Origin: an uncultured bacterium
GTDB taxonomy: Bacteria > UBP4 > UBA4092
Assembly: GCA_964644695.1 (NCBI GenBank)
Contig: CAZXWN010000001.1
Span: 766,805 to 830,804 of the forward strand
Length of the DNA stretch: 64,000 nt
Direction of reading: 5' to 3'
Part shown: positions 1-9,555 of the stretch, piece after piece
Layout of the letters: every line of letters starts with the position of its first letter
Numbering within the stretch: the stretch's first letter is position 1
Notes under the pieces: generated by a model
Databases searched by the model: none
What the model was told of the DNA's origin: nothing
The model's input: the letters and a program-made list of their open reading frames with translations, nothing else
Made by a program: the position numbers and the translations under genes

Positions 1-1
1 C

Positions 2-343
2 AATAATCGACAACCCGCCGGAGATTTATATATTACTTTCAGAGTAAAAAACGATTCACCCTATACTCGTAAGGGTAATGATTTGTATATGGATGCACAA
101 GTTAATGCCCTGGATGCCATCCTTGGGACAACTCTTGAGGTACCTACATTAACAGGCAAAGCAAAATTAAAAGTCCCCCCAGGGACTCAGCCTGATGTCC
201 AGCTCCGGTTAAAGGGGCAAGGGGTTCCTTCCCCTAAAGGTTATGACAAAGGGGATCTGTTTGTTAGAATTAAAGTTGTTATTCCAAAGGACTTAACGGA
301 AGACCAAATAAAACTGGCCCGGAAGTTGGCCGATACTTTATAA
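2..343 (+). CDS. DnaJ/CbpA-family co-chaperone, C-terminal part (5' truncated by window edge)
   Basis: Frame open from position 2: PAGDLYITF...RKGNDLY...LGTTLEVPTLTG...VPPGTQP..LRLKGQG...GDLFV, typical DnaJ_C motifs. Confidence 0.9.
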   Translation, partial: NNRQPAGDLYITFRVKNDSPYTRKGNDLYMDAQVNALDAILGTTLEVPTLTGKAKLKVPPGTQPDVQLRLKGQGVPSPKGYDKGDLFVRIKVVIPKDLTEDQIKLARKLADTL

Positions 344-365
344 ACCTAAAAGGCGAATCATCTTT

Positions 366-1856
366 ATGAAGATTAATCTGTCATCATTAAGACGTGGTAA
401 TGTACAAACTGTTTTATTGATACTCATTGTCCTGGTACTTGGAGGCTTGGCCGGGGGTGGATTAGTTTATCTTTCAAGCAGTCGCAGCAAGAGCAGTGGC
501 ACAGGTCGTCCGGCGAAACTCTCCTATCCCCCAGGAACAACATTACCCACCTTTGCACCTATCGTTGATGTTATAAAGCCCTGCGTAGTAAACATCTATA
601 CAGAACAACATGTTATCAGTCCCTTCGGCAAACAAGGTGAAGGGAATCCCGGCCCTTTGAATGATTTGTTAGGGGATGATATGTTCAACTTTTTCTTCGG
701 ACAACCACAGCGGGATATGACTATGACCAGTCTTGGTTCTGGAGTGATTGTTGATCGTGAAGGATATATCATCACCAACAATCATGTTGTTGAAAAAGCC
801 GACCGAATCAATATCAAAACAAGTGATGGCCGGGAGTATAAAGCAACTTTAGTTGGACGAGACTCCAAAACAGACATTGCTGTCTTGAAAATAGCCAGTA
901 AAGATAAATTTAATTATGCTGTTCTGGGAGATTCCGACGCTGTCCAGGTTGGAGATTGGGTCCTTGCAATTGGGAATCCGTTTGGATATGCCGAGAGTGT
1001 CAGTCACGGTATTATCAGTGCCTTAGGCCGACATGTGGGAGTTACGGAATATGAAGACTTCATACAGACAGATGCCGCAATCAATCCCGGCAATAGTGGT
1101 GGACCACTCGTTAATTTGAGGGGTGAAATTATTGGTATCAATACGGTCATTGCCACCAAAACAGGGACAAACATTGGAATTGGATTTGCGATTCCCTCGA
1201 ATTTGGTTCGGACCATTTATAGTGAGCTAAAGAGCAAAGGCAAAGTCGTCCGGGGGTGGCTGGGTGTTGGTCTTCAAGATCTTAACCCGGACCTGGCAGC
1301 CAAGTTCGGAGTTCAAAAAGGGGTTCGGATTACAGGTGTTATCAAGGGAAGCCCTGCAGAAAAAGGAAATATGAAGGTAGATGACATTGTCATTGAATAC
1401 AATGGAAAGAAAATTACCCGAACCGAACAATTACGACAATTAGTAGGCGCAACAAAAGCAGATTCAACAGTTAAAGTGGTAGTTGTTCGAAATAAAGCAA
1501 CCGTATCGCTCAGTATCAAAGTATCTGAAATGCCATCGGATTCAGCTCGAATGTTTAGTGAAATTCCCGGGAGTAACACCTTGGGATTGGAAGTTGATGA
1601 TGTGACAGAACCTCTGGCAAAACGTTTAGGCCTCAATAAAGCAGCCGGTGTCATTGTCACCAATATAACTAAAGGGTCTGCTGTTGACAGTGCTCAGGTT
1701 CGAAGAGGCGATGTAATTCTAGAAGTCAATGACCAACAGATACATAACGTTTCTGACTTCAACACAGTAGCCAATTCCATCGAATCCGGCAGTAAAGTCT
1801 TCCTGAGAATTTATCGGGGAGGGTATATAATATATATAAACTTCGTGGCTGATTAA
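366..1856 (+). CDS. degP: DegP/DegQ (HtrA, Do) serine protease with N-terminal TM anchor and two PDZ domains
   Basis: TNNHVV, DIAVLK, DAAINPGNSGGPL catalytic motifs; RGWLGV and two PDZ-like repeats. Confidence 0.92.
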   Translation: MKINLSSLRRGNVQTVLLILIVLVLGGLAGGGLVYLSSSRSKSSGTGRPAKLSYPPGTTLPTFAPIVDVIKPCVVNIYTEQHVISPFGKQGEGNPGPLNDLLGDDMFNFFFGQPQRDMTMTSLGSGVIVDREGYIITNNHVVEKADRINIKTSDGREYKATLVGRDSKTDIAVLKIASKDKFNYAVLGDSDAVQVGDWVLAIGNPFGYAESVSHGIISALGRHVGVTEYEDFIQTDAAINPGNSGGPLVNLRGEIIGINTVIATKTGTNIGIGFAIPSNLVRTIYSELKSKGKVVRGWLGVGLQDLNPDLAAKFGVQKGVRITGVIKGSPAEKGNMKVDDIVIEYNGKKITRTEQLRQLVGATKADSTVKVVVVRNKATVSLSIKVSEMPSDSARMFSEIPGSNTLGLEVDDVTEPLAKRLGLNKAAGVIVTNITKGSAVDSAQVRRGDVILEVNDQQIHNVSDFNTVANSIESGSKVFLRIYRGGYIIYINFVAD

Positions 1857-1883
1857 GCCATAAAATAAGGCAAAAAAGAGAAT

Positions 1884-2459
1884 ATGAGCAATCCGTTTAA
1901 AGACTGTTACAAGATCCTTGGTATTTCCAGAGATGCGGAAATAACTGAGATTGAAACTGCTTACAAGAAATTGTCAAAGAAGTTAAAACCGACAAAATCT
2001 TCAGAAAATGCAGAAAATAACACTCAATTTCAGGAAATTCAGGAGGCTTACGACACCCTGAAAAACCCACAACTCCGGGAACAGCATGACCAGGAGCTCC
2101 AGCAACAGGAAAAAACAAGAGATAATCAGACCTTTCTGGACATCAATATGTTTCGTGATTTAGCGATGGAACCTGATGAATCAGATTGGATTGATACCTT
2201 TTTCTCACTGGATACTCTTCCACCTCACCAGTTGGATGAAAACTTAAAAATATTCCTTACACAGAGGGAATCTTCAAAAGGTGGAGTCATATCGATAGAC
2301 CTTCCATCCTATTTTGGATTAGGATTTGGGTTTAATTTCCAACCTCGCCGCCGATTTAATCTTCGGGTCCCTGCGGGCGTAAGTCATGGCGATGTAAAGG
2401 ATATCTATGTCCCCGAACTGGACTTTTGGATTCGTGTTCAGTTCTCAATTTTCCATTAA
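1884..2459 (+). CDS. J-domain-like protein lacking the HPD motif
   Basis: DCYKILGISRDA..EIETAYKKL...FQEIQEAYDTLKNP..R..HD matches J-domain; KLKPT at the HPD position; DnaJ_C-like LRVPAGV near C-terminus. Confidence 0.8.
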   Translation: MSNPFKDCYKILGISRDAEITEIETAYKKLSKKLKPTKSSENAENNTQFQEIQEAYDTLKNPQLREQHDQELQQQEKTRDNQTFLDINMFRDLAMEPDESDWIDTFFSLDTLPPHQLDENLKIFLTQRESSKGGVISIDLPSYFGLGFGFNFQPRRRFNLRVPAGVSHGDVKDIYVPELDFWIRVQFSIFH

Positions 2460-2472
2460 CAAATAAATACAC

Positions 2473-2510
2473 AAAGAACGGCTTGGATTCCTCCAGGCCG
2501 TTCTTTTTTA
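2473..2510 (+). terminator. Intrinsic terminator after dnaJ-degP-J-like cluster
   Basis: aaagaacggc...gccgttcttt stem followed by T tract. Confidence 0.75.
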
Positions 2511-2561
2511 TTTTAGTGTAAAATGACAGGAATAAATTCATTCACAATGGGAGCGCTACAC

Positions 2562-3866
2562 ATGAACATTCCAACTCATTTTACTCTTACGCAAAATGAT
2601 ATCCCGACCCAATGGTATAACATTGCAGCAGACTTTCCCCAACCTATGGCCCCTCCGCTAAATCCTGCCACCAAACAACCCGTTACCTTACAAGAAATGT
2701 GTGCCATTTTTCCAGAGAGTATCGTCAAACAGGAAATGTGCACCGAAAAATATATAGATATTCCAGATGAAGTCCGCCAAATATATGCTTTATGGAGACC
2801 GACTCCCCTATTGCGGGCGATTCGATTAGAGAAGGCCCTGGATACACCGGCTCATATTTATTATAAATACGAAGGTGCCAGTCCTGCAGGAAGCCATAAA
2901 CCAAACACTGCCGTACCACAAGCCTATTACAACAAGCAGGAAGGCGTTAAGCGGTTGGCAACGGAGACAGGCGCTGGACAGTGGGGTGCATCTCTGGCAA
3001 TGGCGTGTACTCTTTTTGGACTGGAATGTACCATTTACATGGTGCATATGAGCTATCAGGCCAAGCCCTATCGCCGCATGTTGATGCATACTTGGGGTGC
3101 AACTGTTTATTCAAGTCCCAGTGAACAGACAGAATTTGGCCGAAAATTATTAGCAGAAGACCCTAACTGCCCCGGTAGTCTGGGCATTGCCATCAGTGAA
3201 GCGGTTGAAGACACCGTGACTCATCCAGGAACCAAGTATTCTCTCGGAAGTGTATTAAACCATGTCTGTCTTCATCAAACTGTGATCGGTGAAGAGTCTA
3301 TTAAGCAGATGGAACTCGCGGGAGAGGCTCCAGATGTCATCGTAGGATGTGTTGGGGGCGGAAGTAATTTCAGCGGATTAGCATTTCCTTTCCTGGAACA
3401 GAAAATTAACCATGGGAAGAATTATCGGATTGTGGCAGTTGAGCCTGCATCCTGTCCCTCATTGACGAAAGGCGAGATGAGATATGACTTTGGAGATACG
3501 GCAGGAATGACTCCCATGTTAATGATGCATACGCTGGGGCACGAGTTTATGCCGCCCAGCATCCATGCCGGCGGGCTCCGATATCACGGTATGGCACCCA
3601 CCATTTCCCATGCATATCACTCTGGCCTCATTGAAGCACAGGCATATCCTCAGACAAAAGTCTTTGAAGCCGCCGCATTGTTTGCCCGCAGTGAAGGAAT
3701 TGTCCCTGCTCCCGAATCCTCACATGCCATTTGTGGTGCCATACAGGAAGCGCTTAAGGCAAAAGAATCCAATGAAAAGAAAGTCATCGTTTTCTGTTTA
3801 AGTGGTCATGGATTACTGGATTTGGCCTCTTATGAAAGCTATTTTTCTGGGAAACTAAAAGACTAA
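2562..3866 (+). CDS. trpB2: TrpB2 (stand-alone tryptophan synthase beta-like PLP enzyme)
   Basis: GSHKPN PLP-lysine motif, [29 protein letters not shown]; start at 2562 chosen for GGAG upstream. Confidence 0.9.
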   Translation: MNIPTHFTLTQNDIPTQWYNIAADFPQPMAPPLNPATKQPVTLQEMCAIFPESIVKQEMCTEKYIDIPDEVRQIYALWRPTPLLRAIRLEKALDTPAHIYYKYEGASPAGSHKPNTAVPQAYYNKQEGVKRLATETGAGQWGASLAMACTLFGLECTIYMVHMSYQAKPYRRMLMHTWGATVYSSPSEQTEFGRKLLAEDPNCPGSLGIAISEAVEDTVTHPGTKYSLGSVLNHVCLHQTVIGEESIKQMELAGEAPDVIVGCVGGGSNFSGLAFPFLEQKINHGKNYRIVAVEPASCPSLTKGEMRYDFGDTAGMTPMLMMHTLGHEFMPPSIHAGGLRYHGMAPTISHAYHSGLIEAQAYPQTKVFEAAALFARSEGIVPAPESSHAICGAIQEALKAKESNEKKVIVFCLSGHGLLDLASYESYFSGKLKD

Positions 3867-3888
3867 AGAAACGAATTGACACCATTTT

Positions 3889-3923
3889 AACAGGGATAGT
3901 TATCGATACTATCCCTGTTTTTT
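3889..3923 (+). terminator. Intrinsic terminator after trpB2
   Basis: aacagggatagt / actatccctgtt stem plus T tract. Confidence 0.8.
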
Positions 3924-3937
3924 ATTTGATTCTGTAT

Positions 3938-3982
3938 CGAATCATCCACGGAGCAGCTCGGAGCAGGTCCGTGAATGACTCG
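3938..3982. repeat. REP-like palindromic repeat, copy 1
   Basis: tcatccacggagcagctcggagcaggtccgtgaatga; near-identical to copies at 12031, 23152, 41701, 53366. Confidence 0.85.
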
Positions 3983-4014
3983 TTTCGAACTGGAACTATT
4001 TTCATTTCACCGAT

Positions 4015-4031
4015 GTTACAAAATATGTAAC
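4015..4031. promoter_or_regulatory. Inverted repeat GTTACA-N5-TGTAAC, candidate operator upstream of peroxiredoxin
   Basis: Perfect 6-bp arms about 80 bp upstream of the ATG. Confidence 0.35.
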
Positions 4032-4106
4032 GCAACAGTTGAAATCTCAATCACATAATGATAGGTTGAGAAAATAACAAACATATCAAACATAGGGGTA
4101 ATATTT

Positions 4107-4757
4107 ATGGAAAATACAACGCCTGCAATCGGAATACCACGACTGGGAATGCCCGCACCACAATTTGAAGCCCCGACAACTCATGGAGTCCTGAAATTAT
4201 CGGATTTCAAAGGGTCATGGCTCATTATGTTCTCTCATCCAGCCGACTTCACCCCAGTATGTACCACAGAGTTTGTTGCTTTCGCACAAATTCATCCCAA
4301 ACTTCGGGAAATGAATTGTGAGTTGATGGGTCTGTCCATCGACAGTGTTTATTCACACATTGCATGGGTACGAAACATTGAAGAGAAACTGGGAGTTAAA
4401 ATTCAATTTCCCGTCATTGCTGATTTGAATAAAGAAGTGGCTTCATTGTACGGCATGATAATGCCTGGTGAAAGTAAAACGGAAACCTCCCGTTGTGTTT
4501 TTGTCATTGATGATAAACAAATTCTCCGCGCAATGATTTATTATCCACTGACTACCGGCCGCAATACTGAAGAGATATTGAGACTCATCACCGCATTACA
4601 GACAACAGATGCAAACAAGGTGGCAACCCCGGCCAATTGGAAACCCGGTGATAAAGTCATTATCCCGGCACCGAACACACAGGAAATGGCAGAAGAACGT
4701 GTGAAAGAAAAAGGTCTTGAGATCACCGACTGGTATTTGTCTAAGAAATCACTTTAA
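4107..4757 (+). CDS. Peroxiredoxin (Prx6 / 1-Cys type)
   Basis: FSHPADFTPVCTTE, YYPLTTGRN..EILR, TPANWKPG. Confidence 0.93.
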   Translation: MENTTPAIGIPRLGMPAPQFEAPTTHGVLKLSDFKGSWLIMFSHPADFTPVCTTEFVAFAQIHPKLREMNCELMGLSIDSVYSHIAWVRNIEEKLGVKIQFPVIADLNKEVASLYGMIMPGESKTETSRCVFVIDDKQILRAMIYYPLTTGRNTEEILRLITALQTTDANKVATPANWKPGDKVIIPAPNTQEMAEERVKEKGLEITDWYLSKKSL

Positions 4758-4772
4758 GCGGGAGGTTAATTT

Positions 4773-4991
4773 ATGGCTTGTATTACAGCAGATGGTCGGT
4801 TAACAGCAACCGCAAAGAATCTTTTAACGGTTCTAATGGAAGAAAAATCAATCGAGGAGATACGACAGTCGTTCCCAAGACCAACCTATATTTTACGGAG
4901 TATGCTCCGTGAATTGATGGAAGCAAATCTTATTTCCGAAAAGGGAGATAAGTATCGTACGACCGCTGACGGTATCGCTAAAATGGGCTAA
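4773..4991 (+). CDS. Small winged-helix-like protein downstream of peroxiredoxin
   Basis: GGAGG RBS; LRSMLRELMEANLI..KGDKYRTT..G resembles a wHTH wing; N-terminal MACI. Confidence 0.65.
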   Translation: MACITADGRLTATAKNLLTVLMEEKSIEEIRQSFPRPTYILRSMLRELMEANLISEKGDKYRTTADGIAKMG

Positions 4992-5009
4992 AACCCTGAT
5001 ATTTACTGG

Positions 5010-5040
5010 AAACTCCGCTCATTCTGAGCGGAGTTTTTTT
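5010..5040 (+). terminator. Intrinsic terminator
   Basis: aactccgctca / tgagcggagtt stem plus T tract. Confidence 0.85.
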
Positions 5041-5103
5041 ATATTCAATTTTCAAAAACCATCAATTTGCCCGATAATATATAAATAAAGGAGTTTTTCT
5101 TAT

Positions 5104-6405
5104 ATGTTAAATATTTATGATTATCAAGGGAAAGAGTTCACCTGTCCCGAATGTGGAGAACTTCATCGGCTCCCCATCAAGAAAGTTTCAGCCTCTCCAA
5201 ATGCCATCAGTGAAATCAATCAATTTCTTCAATCTGTTCCAGTCGAAGGAAAGAAAGTTCTCATCCTTTGTGACAACATTACCGTTGAAATTGCTGGAAA
5301 CAAGCTGGAAGCTGAATTAAAACAAAACTATCAAACCAAGATGCTGGTTCTAAAGCCTCTCGGTTATAAGGCAGTCCATGCTGAAGAAGCCTATTTCCCA
5401 TCCATCATTGAAGCGGCTTCAGACTGTGACTTTATTTTGACGGTTGGTACTGGCAGTGTGACTGATATGGGAAAACATTCTGGAACCGTATTAAATATCC
5501 CGGTCGTTTCTTTTCCAACAGCACCTTCCATGAACGCCTACACTTCCACCGTGGCCGCATATATTGCGGGGGGCGTTAAACAAACCAATGTCATCAAGCC
5601 TTGTATAGCTGTCACCATAGATAAAAAAATAAACGCTGAAGCTCCCATGATTTTGATTCAGGCTGGTTTCGCTGACAGTCTGGCAAAAGCGTTTGCAAAC
5701 GGCGACTGGAAAGTAAACTCTATCCTCGCGGGTGAATCCTATTGCGGATTACCCATGCAGATATCCGGAAACTCTGAGCGCATGTATAAAGACAAGGGTG
5801 ATTTAATACAGGCTCGTGACCTGGATGTCATTGAAGCCTTGATGGAAGGATTAACCATGGGTGGATTCTCCATGGTTCTGGCAGGTAAATCCTCTCCTGC
5901 TTCCGGAGGCGAACACCTTATTTCCCACTCTCTTGATATGTATGCCCATCGGCACCACCAGGAAGTATTTTCCTATCACGGTATCCAGGTGGGAATGGGA
6001 TATCTCTTCACCGCTTTAGTTTCGGAAAGACTTCGTACCATCACATCACCGGTACTCGCCAAGATCGATCATGAAGCTGAAATTAGGAAGTATTTCGGAG
6101 ATGAAGCGCCCAAGTTTACAAAGGCCTATGCCCAAAAAGCCGCTGCAATGAATGAAATCCCGGCCAAATGGGAACAGTTACATGAAGTTGTTTCGCAAAT
6201 CCCCACCTATGAAGAAATGAAGGGGTATTTGACGAAAGCAGGATGCCCCATCAATTTCAAGGACATTAATGTTTCTGAAGAATTGGCTCACTACATTGTC
6301 AGGTCTGCCCGATACATTCGTAATCGAATCACAGTGCTTGACTTGGCGGATGAGTTAGGTGTCCTGGACGATATATTCCAGCAAAATAAATACCGAATCC
6401 TCTAA
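5104..6405 (+). CDS. sn-glycerol-1-phosphate dehydrogenase (AraM/EgsA family)
   Basis: N-terminal CPECGELH, VGTGSVTDMGK, PTAPSMNAYTS, SSPASGGEHLISH, HGIQVG. Confidence 0.85.
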   Translation: MLNIYDYQGKEFTCPECGELHRLPIKKVSASPNAISEINQFLQSVPVEGKKVLILCDNITVEIAGNKLEAELKQNYQTKMLVLKPLGYKAVHAEEAYFPSIIEAASDCDFILTVGTGSVTDMGKHSGTVLNIPVVSFPTAPSMNAYTSTVAAYIAGGVKQTNVIKPCIAVTIDKKINAEAPMILIQAGFADSLAKAFANGDWKVNSILAGESYCGLPMQISGNSERMYKDKGDLIQARDLDVIEALMEGLTMGGFSMVLAGKSSPASGGEHLISHSLDMYAHRHHQEVFSYHGIQVGMGYLFTALVSERLRTITSPVLAKIDHEAEIRKYFGDEAPKFTKAYAQKAAAMNEIPAKWEQLHEVVSQIPTYEEMKGYLTKAGCPINFKDINVSEELAHYIVRSARYIRNRITVLDLADELGVLDDIFQQNKYRIL

Positions 6406-6406
6406 T

Positions 6407-6443
6407 AAAAACCGGACTAATCCACTGATTAGTCCGGTTTTTT
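6407..6443 (+). terminator. Intrinsic terminator
   Basis: aaaaccggactaatc / gattagtccggtttt stem. Confidence 0.85.
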
Positions 6444-6585
6444 CTACTTATATTTTACTTAAAACCTAATAATATACTAAAATAGTAAAGAATAGGCAGA
6501 AAGATTATCCCGAGACATACAAATCTTGATACATATCAATGTAATAGAAAAGATTAACAGGGATAATAAAAGTAGATAAAACATT

Positions 6586-8562
6586 ATGGAATGCCATCAG
6601 CCCAAAACCAGTCATGCACCATCTTCCGAAGGGATTATCCTTATCGGCAATCCCAATGTAGGGAAGAGTGTGATTTTCGGGCATTTGACTGGGAATTATG
6701 CTACCGTCTCCAACTATCCGGGAACGACAGTGGATTATACGGTGGGCACATGCCATATTGGAAATAAACACCGGGAAGTCATAGATACTCCCGGCACCTA
6801 CAGTCTTATTCCAAAGTCTGAAGACGAAAAAGTCGCTCGGGATGTTTTATTATCACGAAATCCCTACTGTGTCATTCAAGTAGGTGATGCTAAGAATCCC
6901 CGAAGAACTTTGGATCTGACATTGCAATTATTGGAAACGGGCTTACCCATGATTCTGGTCCTCAATATGATTGATGAGGCCCAAGAACGTGGAATAACCC
7001 CGAATGCAAAGAAACTCAGCGATATTCTGGGTATCCCGGTTATCACCACCTCCGCAATTACGGGGATGGGTATCCCGGCCCTGAAAAAAGCTCTTCATCA
7101 AGTAAATCCACCCAACATCAAAACAGAATATTCTCCGGCGGTTGAAACCCTTTTATTTGAAATTGAATCACGGCTCCCTGAAGACCTTGGTGAAAAAAGA
7201 TCCATCGCAACCATGTTGATGTGTGGGGATGAATCGGTACATGAGGTCTTCCCTGATATTTTAGACAATGAAAGTTCTCTCCAGATTCGAAAAACTCTTC
7301 AACAACATCAATCTCGTTTTTCTAAACCTATTCATGCAATTCTGGTCGAGGAACGATTATCGCAGGCGGATTGTATTATTAACTTGACATGGACTTTTCA
7401 AGAACAGGTTAAATCCCCATGGCGTGAGAAACTCAGCCGCTTATCCACCCACCCCTTTTGGGGTCTTCTTGGAGCTCTGGGCGTCCTTTATTTGATGTAC
7501 CTGTTTGTCGGGCAGTTTGCCGCTGGCACCGTGGTAGGATTCCTGGAAAACAATCTTTTTGGACAACATATCAATCCATTTGTTTCCCATTGGGCTCAAC
7601 GACTCATCCCATGGACACTCGGTCAGGACCTGCTGATTGGGGAGTACGGAGTCTTTACCATGGCACTCACTTATGCTTTGGCACTGATTCTCCCCATCGT
7701 CACCGCATTCTTCCTCTTCTTTGGGATCCTCGAGGATACCGGTTATCTCCCGCGTCTCGCCGTCGTCATGGACCGTTTCTTCCGCACTATGGGGCTCAAC
7801 GGAAAGGCTGTACTTCCTATGATCTTAGGGCTGGGTTGCGATACCATGGCCACCCTCACGACTCGCATTCTCGAATCGAAAAAAGAACGATTGCTTACCA
7901 CCCTGCTCCTGACTCTCGCAGTTCCCTGTTCGGCTCAGCTGGGTGTCATCATGGGTATGCTTGGTAACCTCTCCCTTTATGCAACGTTAATCTGGCTGGG
8001 ATTTGTCCTTGGCTCTATGTTAGGCGTTGGATACCTCGCCAGTCGTGTTTTGCCTGGCGATAAGTCCCCCTTCGTTTTAGAAATCCCTCCCTTTCGTATC
8101 CCCAGCGTAAAGAATTTGGGCATAAAAACAATTGCACGTCTTGAATGGTATATCAAGGAAGCAGTTCCTATGTTTGTGGTCGCTACGCTTTTCTTATTTG
8201 TTTTGGACAAGACAGGAATCCTTACCATGATTGAACGGTGGGGAGAACCCATCGTCGTCTATTTATTAGGCTTGCCCAAAGAAGCCTCCGAGGCATTTCT
8301 TATTGGATTTCTGCGAAGAGACTACGGAGCGGCAGAGCTATATAATCTTGGACAAAAGAATCTATTATCGCCGGTTCAAGTAGTCGTCTCCCTGGTTACG
8401 ATGACGTTATTTGTTCCCTGCTTCGCTCAATTTCTGGTTAATATAAAAGAACGGGGCCTGAAATCTGCAATCGTTATCAGTATCTTTGTTTTTGGATTTG
8501 CGTTCGCAGCAGGTGGGTTATTAAACTTTATATTGAAGATGTTTCCGGTACCCTTAGGATGA
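6586..8562 (+). CDS. feoB: Ferrous iron transporter FeoB
   Basis: GNPNVGKS, NYPGTTV, DTPG, NMID GTPase motifs; LEDTGYLPR, GLGC, VPCSAQ membrane domain. Confidence 0.95.
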   Translation: MECHQPKTSHAPSSEGIILIGNPNVGKSVIFGHLTGNYATVSNYPGTTVDYTVGTCHIGNKHREVIDTPGTYSLIPKSEDEKVARDVLLSRNPYCVIQVGDAKNPRRTLDLTLQLLETGLPMILVLNMIDEAQERGITPNAKKLSDILGIPVITTSAITGMGIPALKKALHQVNPPNIKTEYSPAVETLLFEIESRLPEDLGEKRSIATMLMCGDESVHEVFPDILDNESSLQIRKTLQQHQSRFSKPIHAILVEERLSQADCIINLTWTFQEQVKSPWREKLSRLSTHPFWGLLGALGVLYLMYLFVGQFAAGTVVGFLENNLFGQHINPFVSHWAQRLIPWTLGQDLLIGEYGVFTMALTYALALILPIVTAFFLFFGILEDTGYLPRLAVVMDRFFRTMGLNGKAVLPMILGLGCDTMATLTTRILESKKERLLTTLLLTLAVPCSAQLGVIMGMLGNLSLYATLIWLGFVLGSMLGVGYLASRVLPGDKSPFVLEIPPFRIPSVKNLGIKTIARLEWYIKEAVPMFVVATLFLFVLDKTGILTMIERWGEPIVVYLLGLPKEASEAFLIGFLRRDYGAAELYNLGQKNLLSPVQVVVSLVTMTLFVPCFAQFLVNIKERGLKSAIVISIFVFGFAFAAGGLLNFILKMFPVPLG

Positions 8563-8768
8563 AAACCAAGAAACAACAATGTCCACTTTGTGGCCACAAG
8601 TTTTTAATAACGGATGCCAAGCAGGCCTGTATTTCATGCCCTTTGAATCAGGGGTGTACCGTTTATTGTTGTCCCAACTGCCATCACCAGTTTTTGTTAG
8701 AATCGAAAGTAGTCAATCTCTATAACAAAATCAAAAACAGTATAATGAGACATCATGAAAACAAGTGA
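8559..8768 (+). CDS. Small Cys-rich protein in feo operon
   Basis: ATGA overlap with feoB stop; 8 Cys (CPLC, CISCP...C, CCPNC). Confidence 0.75.
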   Translation: MKTKKQQCPLCGHKFLITDAKQACISCPLNQGCTVYCCPNCHHQFLLESKVVNLYNKIKNSIMRHHENK

Positions 8769-9471
8769 TAAAACTCGACTCACCGATGTATTAGAAACCT
8801 ACTCGACGCCCGGAAATCCCGTAGATTATCGGACCGACCACGGATTACGACTTATCTGGCATCAAATCGAAAACAATAATGTTTCGGTATCGTCTACGAG
8901 AAGCCTGTTATCAGAAAAGATTGATTCCACAATACTAGATGATTTAGCAAGGGATGGGCTGATTGAGATCAGTGGCGATACATTGAACTTGAGTAAATAT
9001 GGTCATGCTATTGCAAAAGATATCGTTCGGAGGAAACGGCTGGCAGAACGGCTTCTGCATGATGTGTTGAATGTTGCATTTAAGGAAGTGGAAAGCCAGG
9101 CCAACGAGTTTGAACATATCCTGGATAAGAATGTCGAAGAATCTATTTGCACCCTGTTAGGACACCCCCGTGAATGTCCTCACGGGTATCCAATACCTCC
9201 CGGCGAATGCTGTCTGGAAAAAGAATCTGAATTACACAGTATAGTTTCGTCGCTGGACCAATTCAGTCCTGGAGAGTGTGGAAAAGTGGCGTATATCCTG
9301 ACTCGAGACCATCCGTTACTCCATAAGTTAATGTCTTTAGGAATTGTGCCGGGGACCGCCATTCATGTCCATCAAGTATCTCCTTCTTTCATTATCAAGG
9401 TGGAGGAGACTCAACTCGCTCTTGAAAAAGAAGTGGCGGGACAAATATATCTCCGGAGAATCCAAGAATAA
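8755..9471 (+). CDS. DtxR/MntR-like regulator with C-terminal FeoA/SH3 domain
   Basis: RLAERLLHDVL, FEH, LGHPRECPHGYPIP; KLMSLGIVPGT FeoA-like tail. Confidence 0.85.
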   Translation: MKTSDKTRLTDVLETYSTPGNPVDYRTDHGLRLIWHQIENNNVSVSSTRSLLSEKIDSTILDDLARDGLIEISGDTLNLSKYGHAIAKDIVRRKRLAERLLHDVLNVAFKEVESQANEFEHILDKNVEESICTLLGHPRECPHGYPIPPGECCLEKESELHSIVSSLDQFSPGECGKVAYILTRDHPLLHKLMSLGIVPGTAIHVHQVSPSFIIKVEETQLALEKEVAGQIYLRRIQE

Positions 9472-9555
9472 GATAGAGACTCTCACCACAACAGACTCAA
9501 TTTCCCTTATAATTTTAATCATTGATTAATTTGACTTAGGGAAGGGTTTCACCTC

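Noticed and set aside
6450-6490. DtxR box upstream of feoB
   Set aside because: Only a half-site (AACCTAA) in very AT-rich DNA
7458-7967. 169-aa alternative-frame ORF inside feoB
   Set aside because: Off-frame product of a locally GC-richer stretch; no RBS or motif
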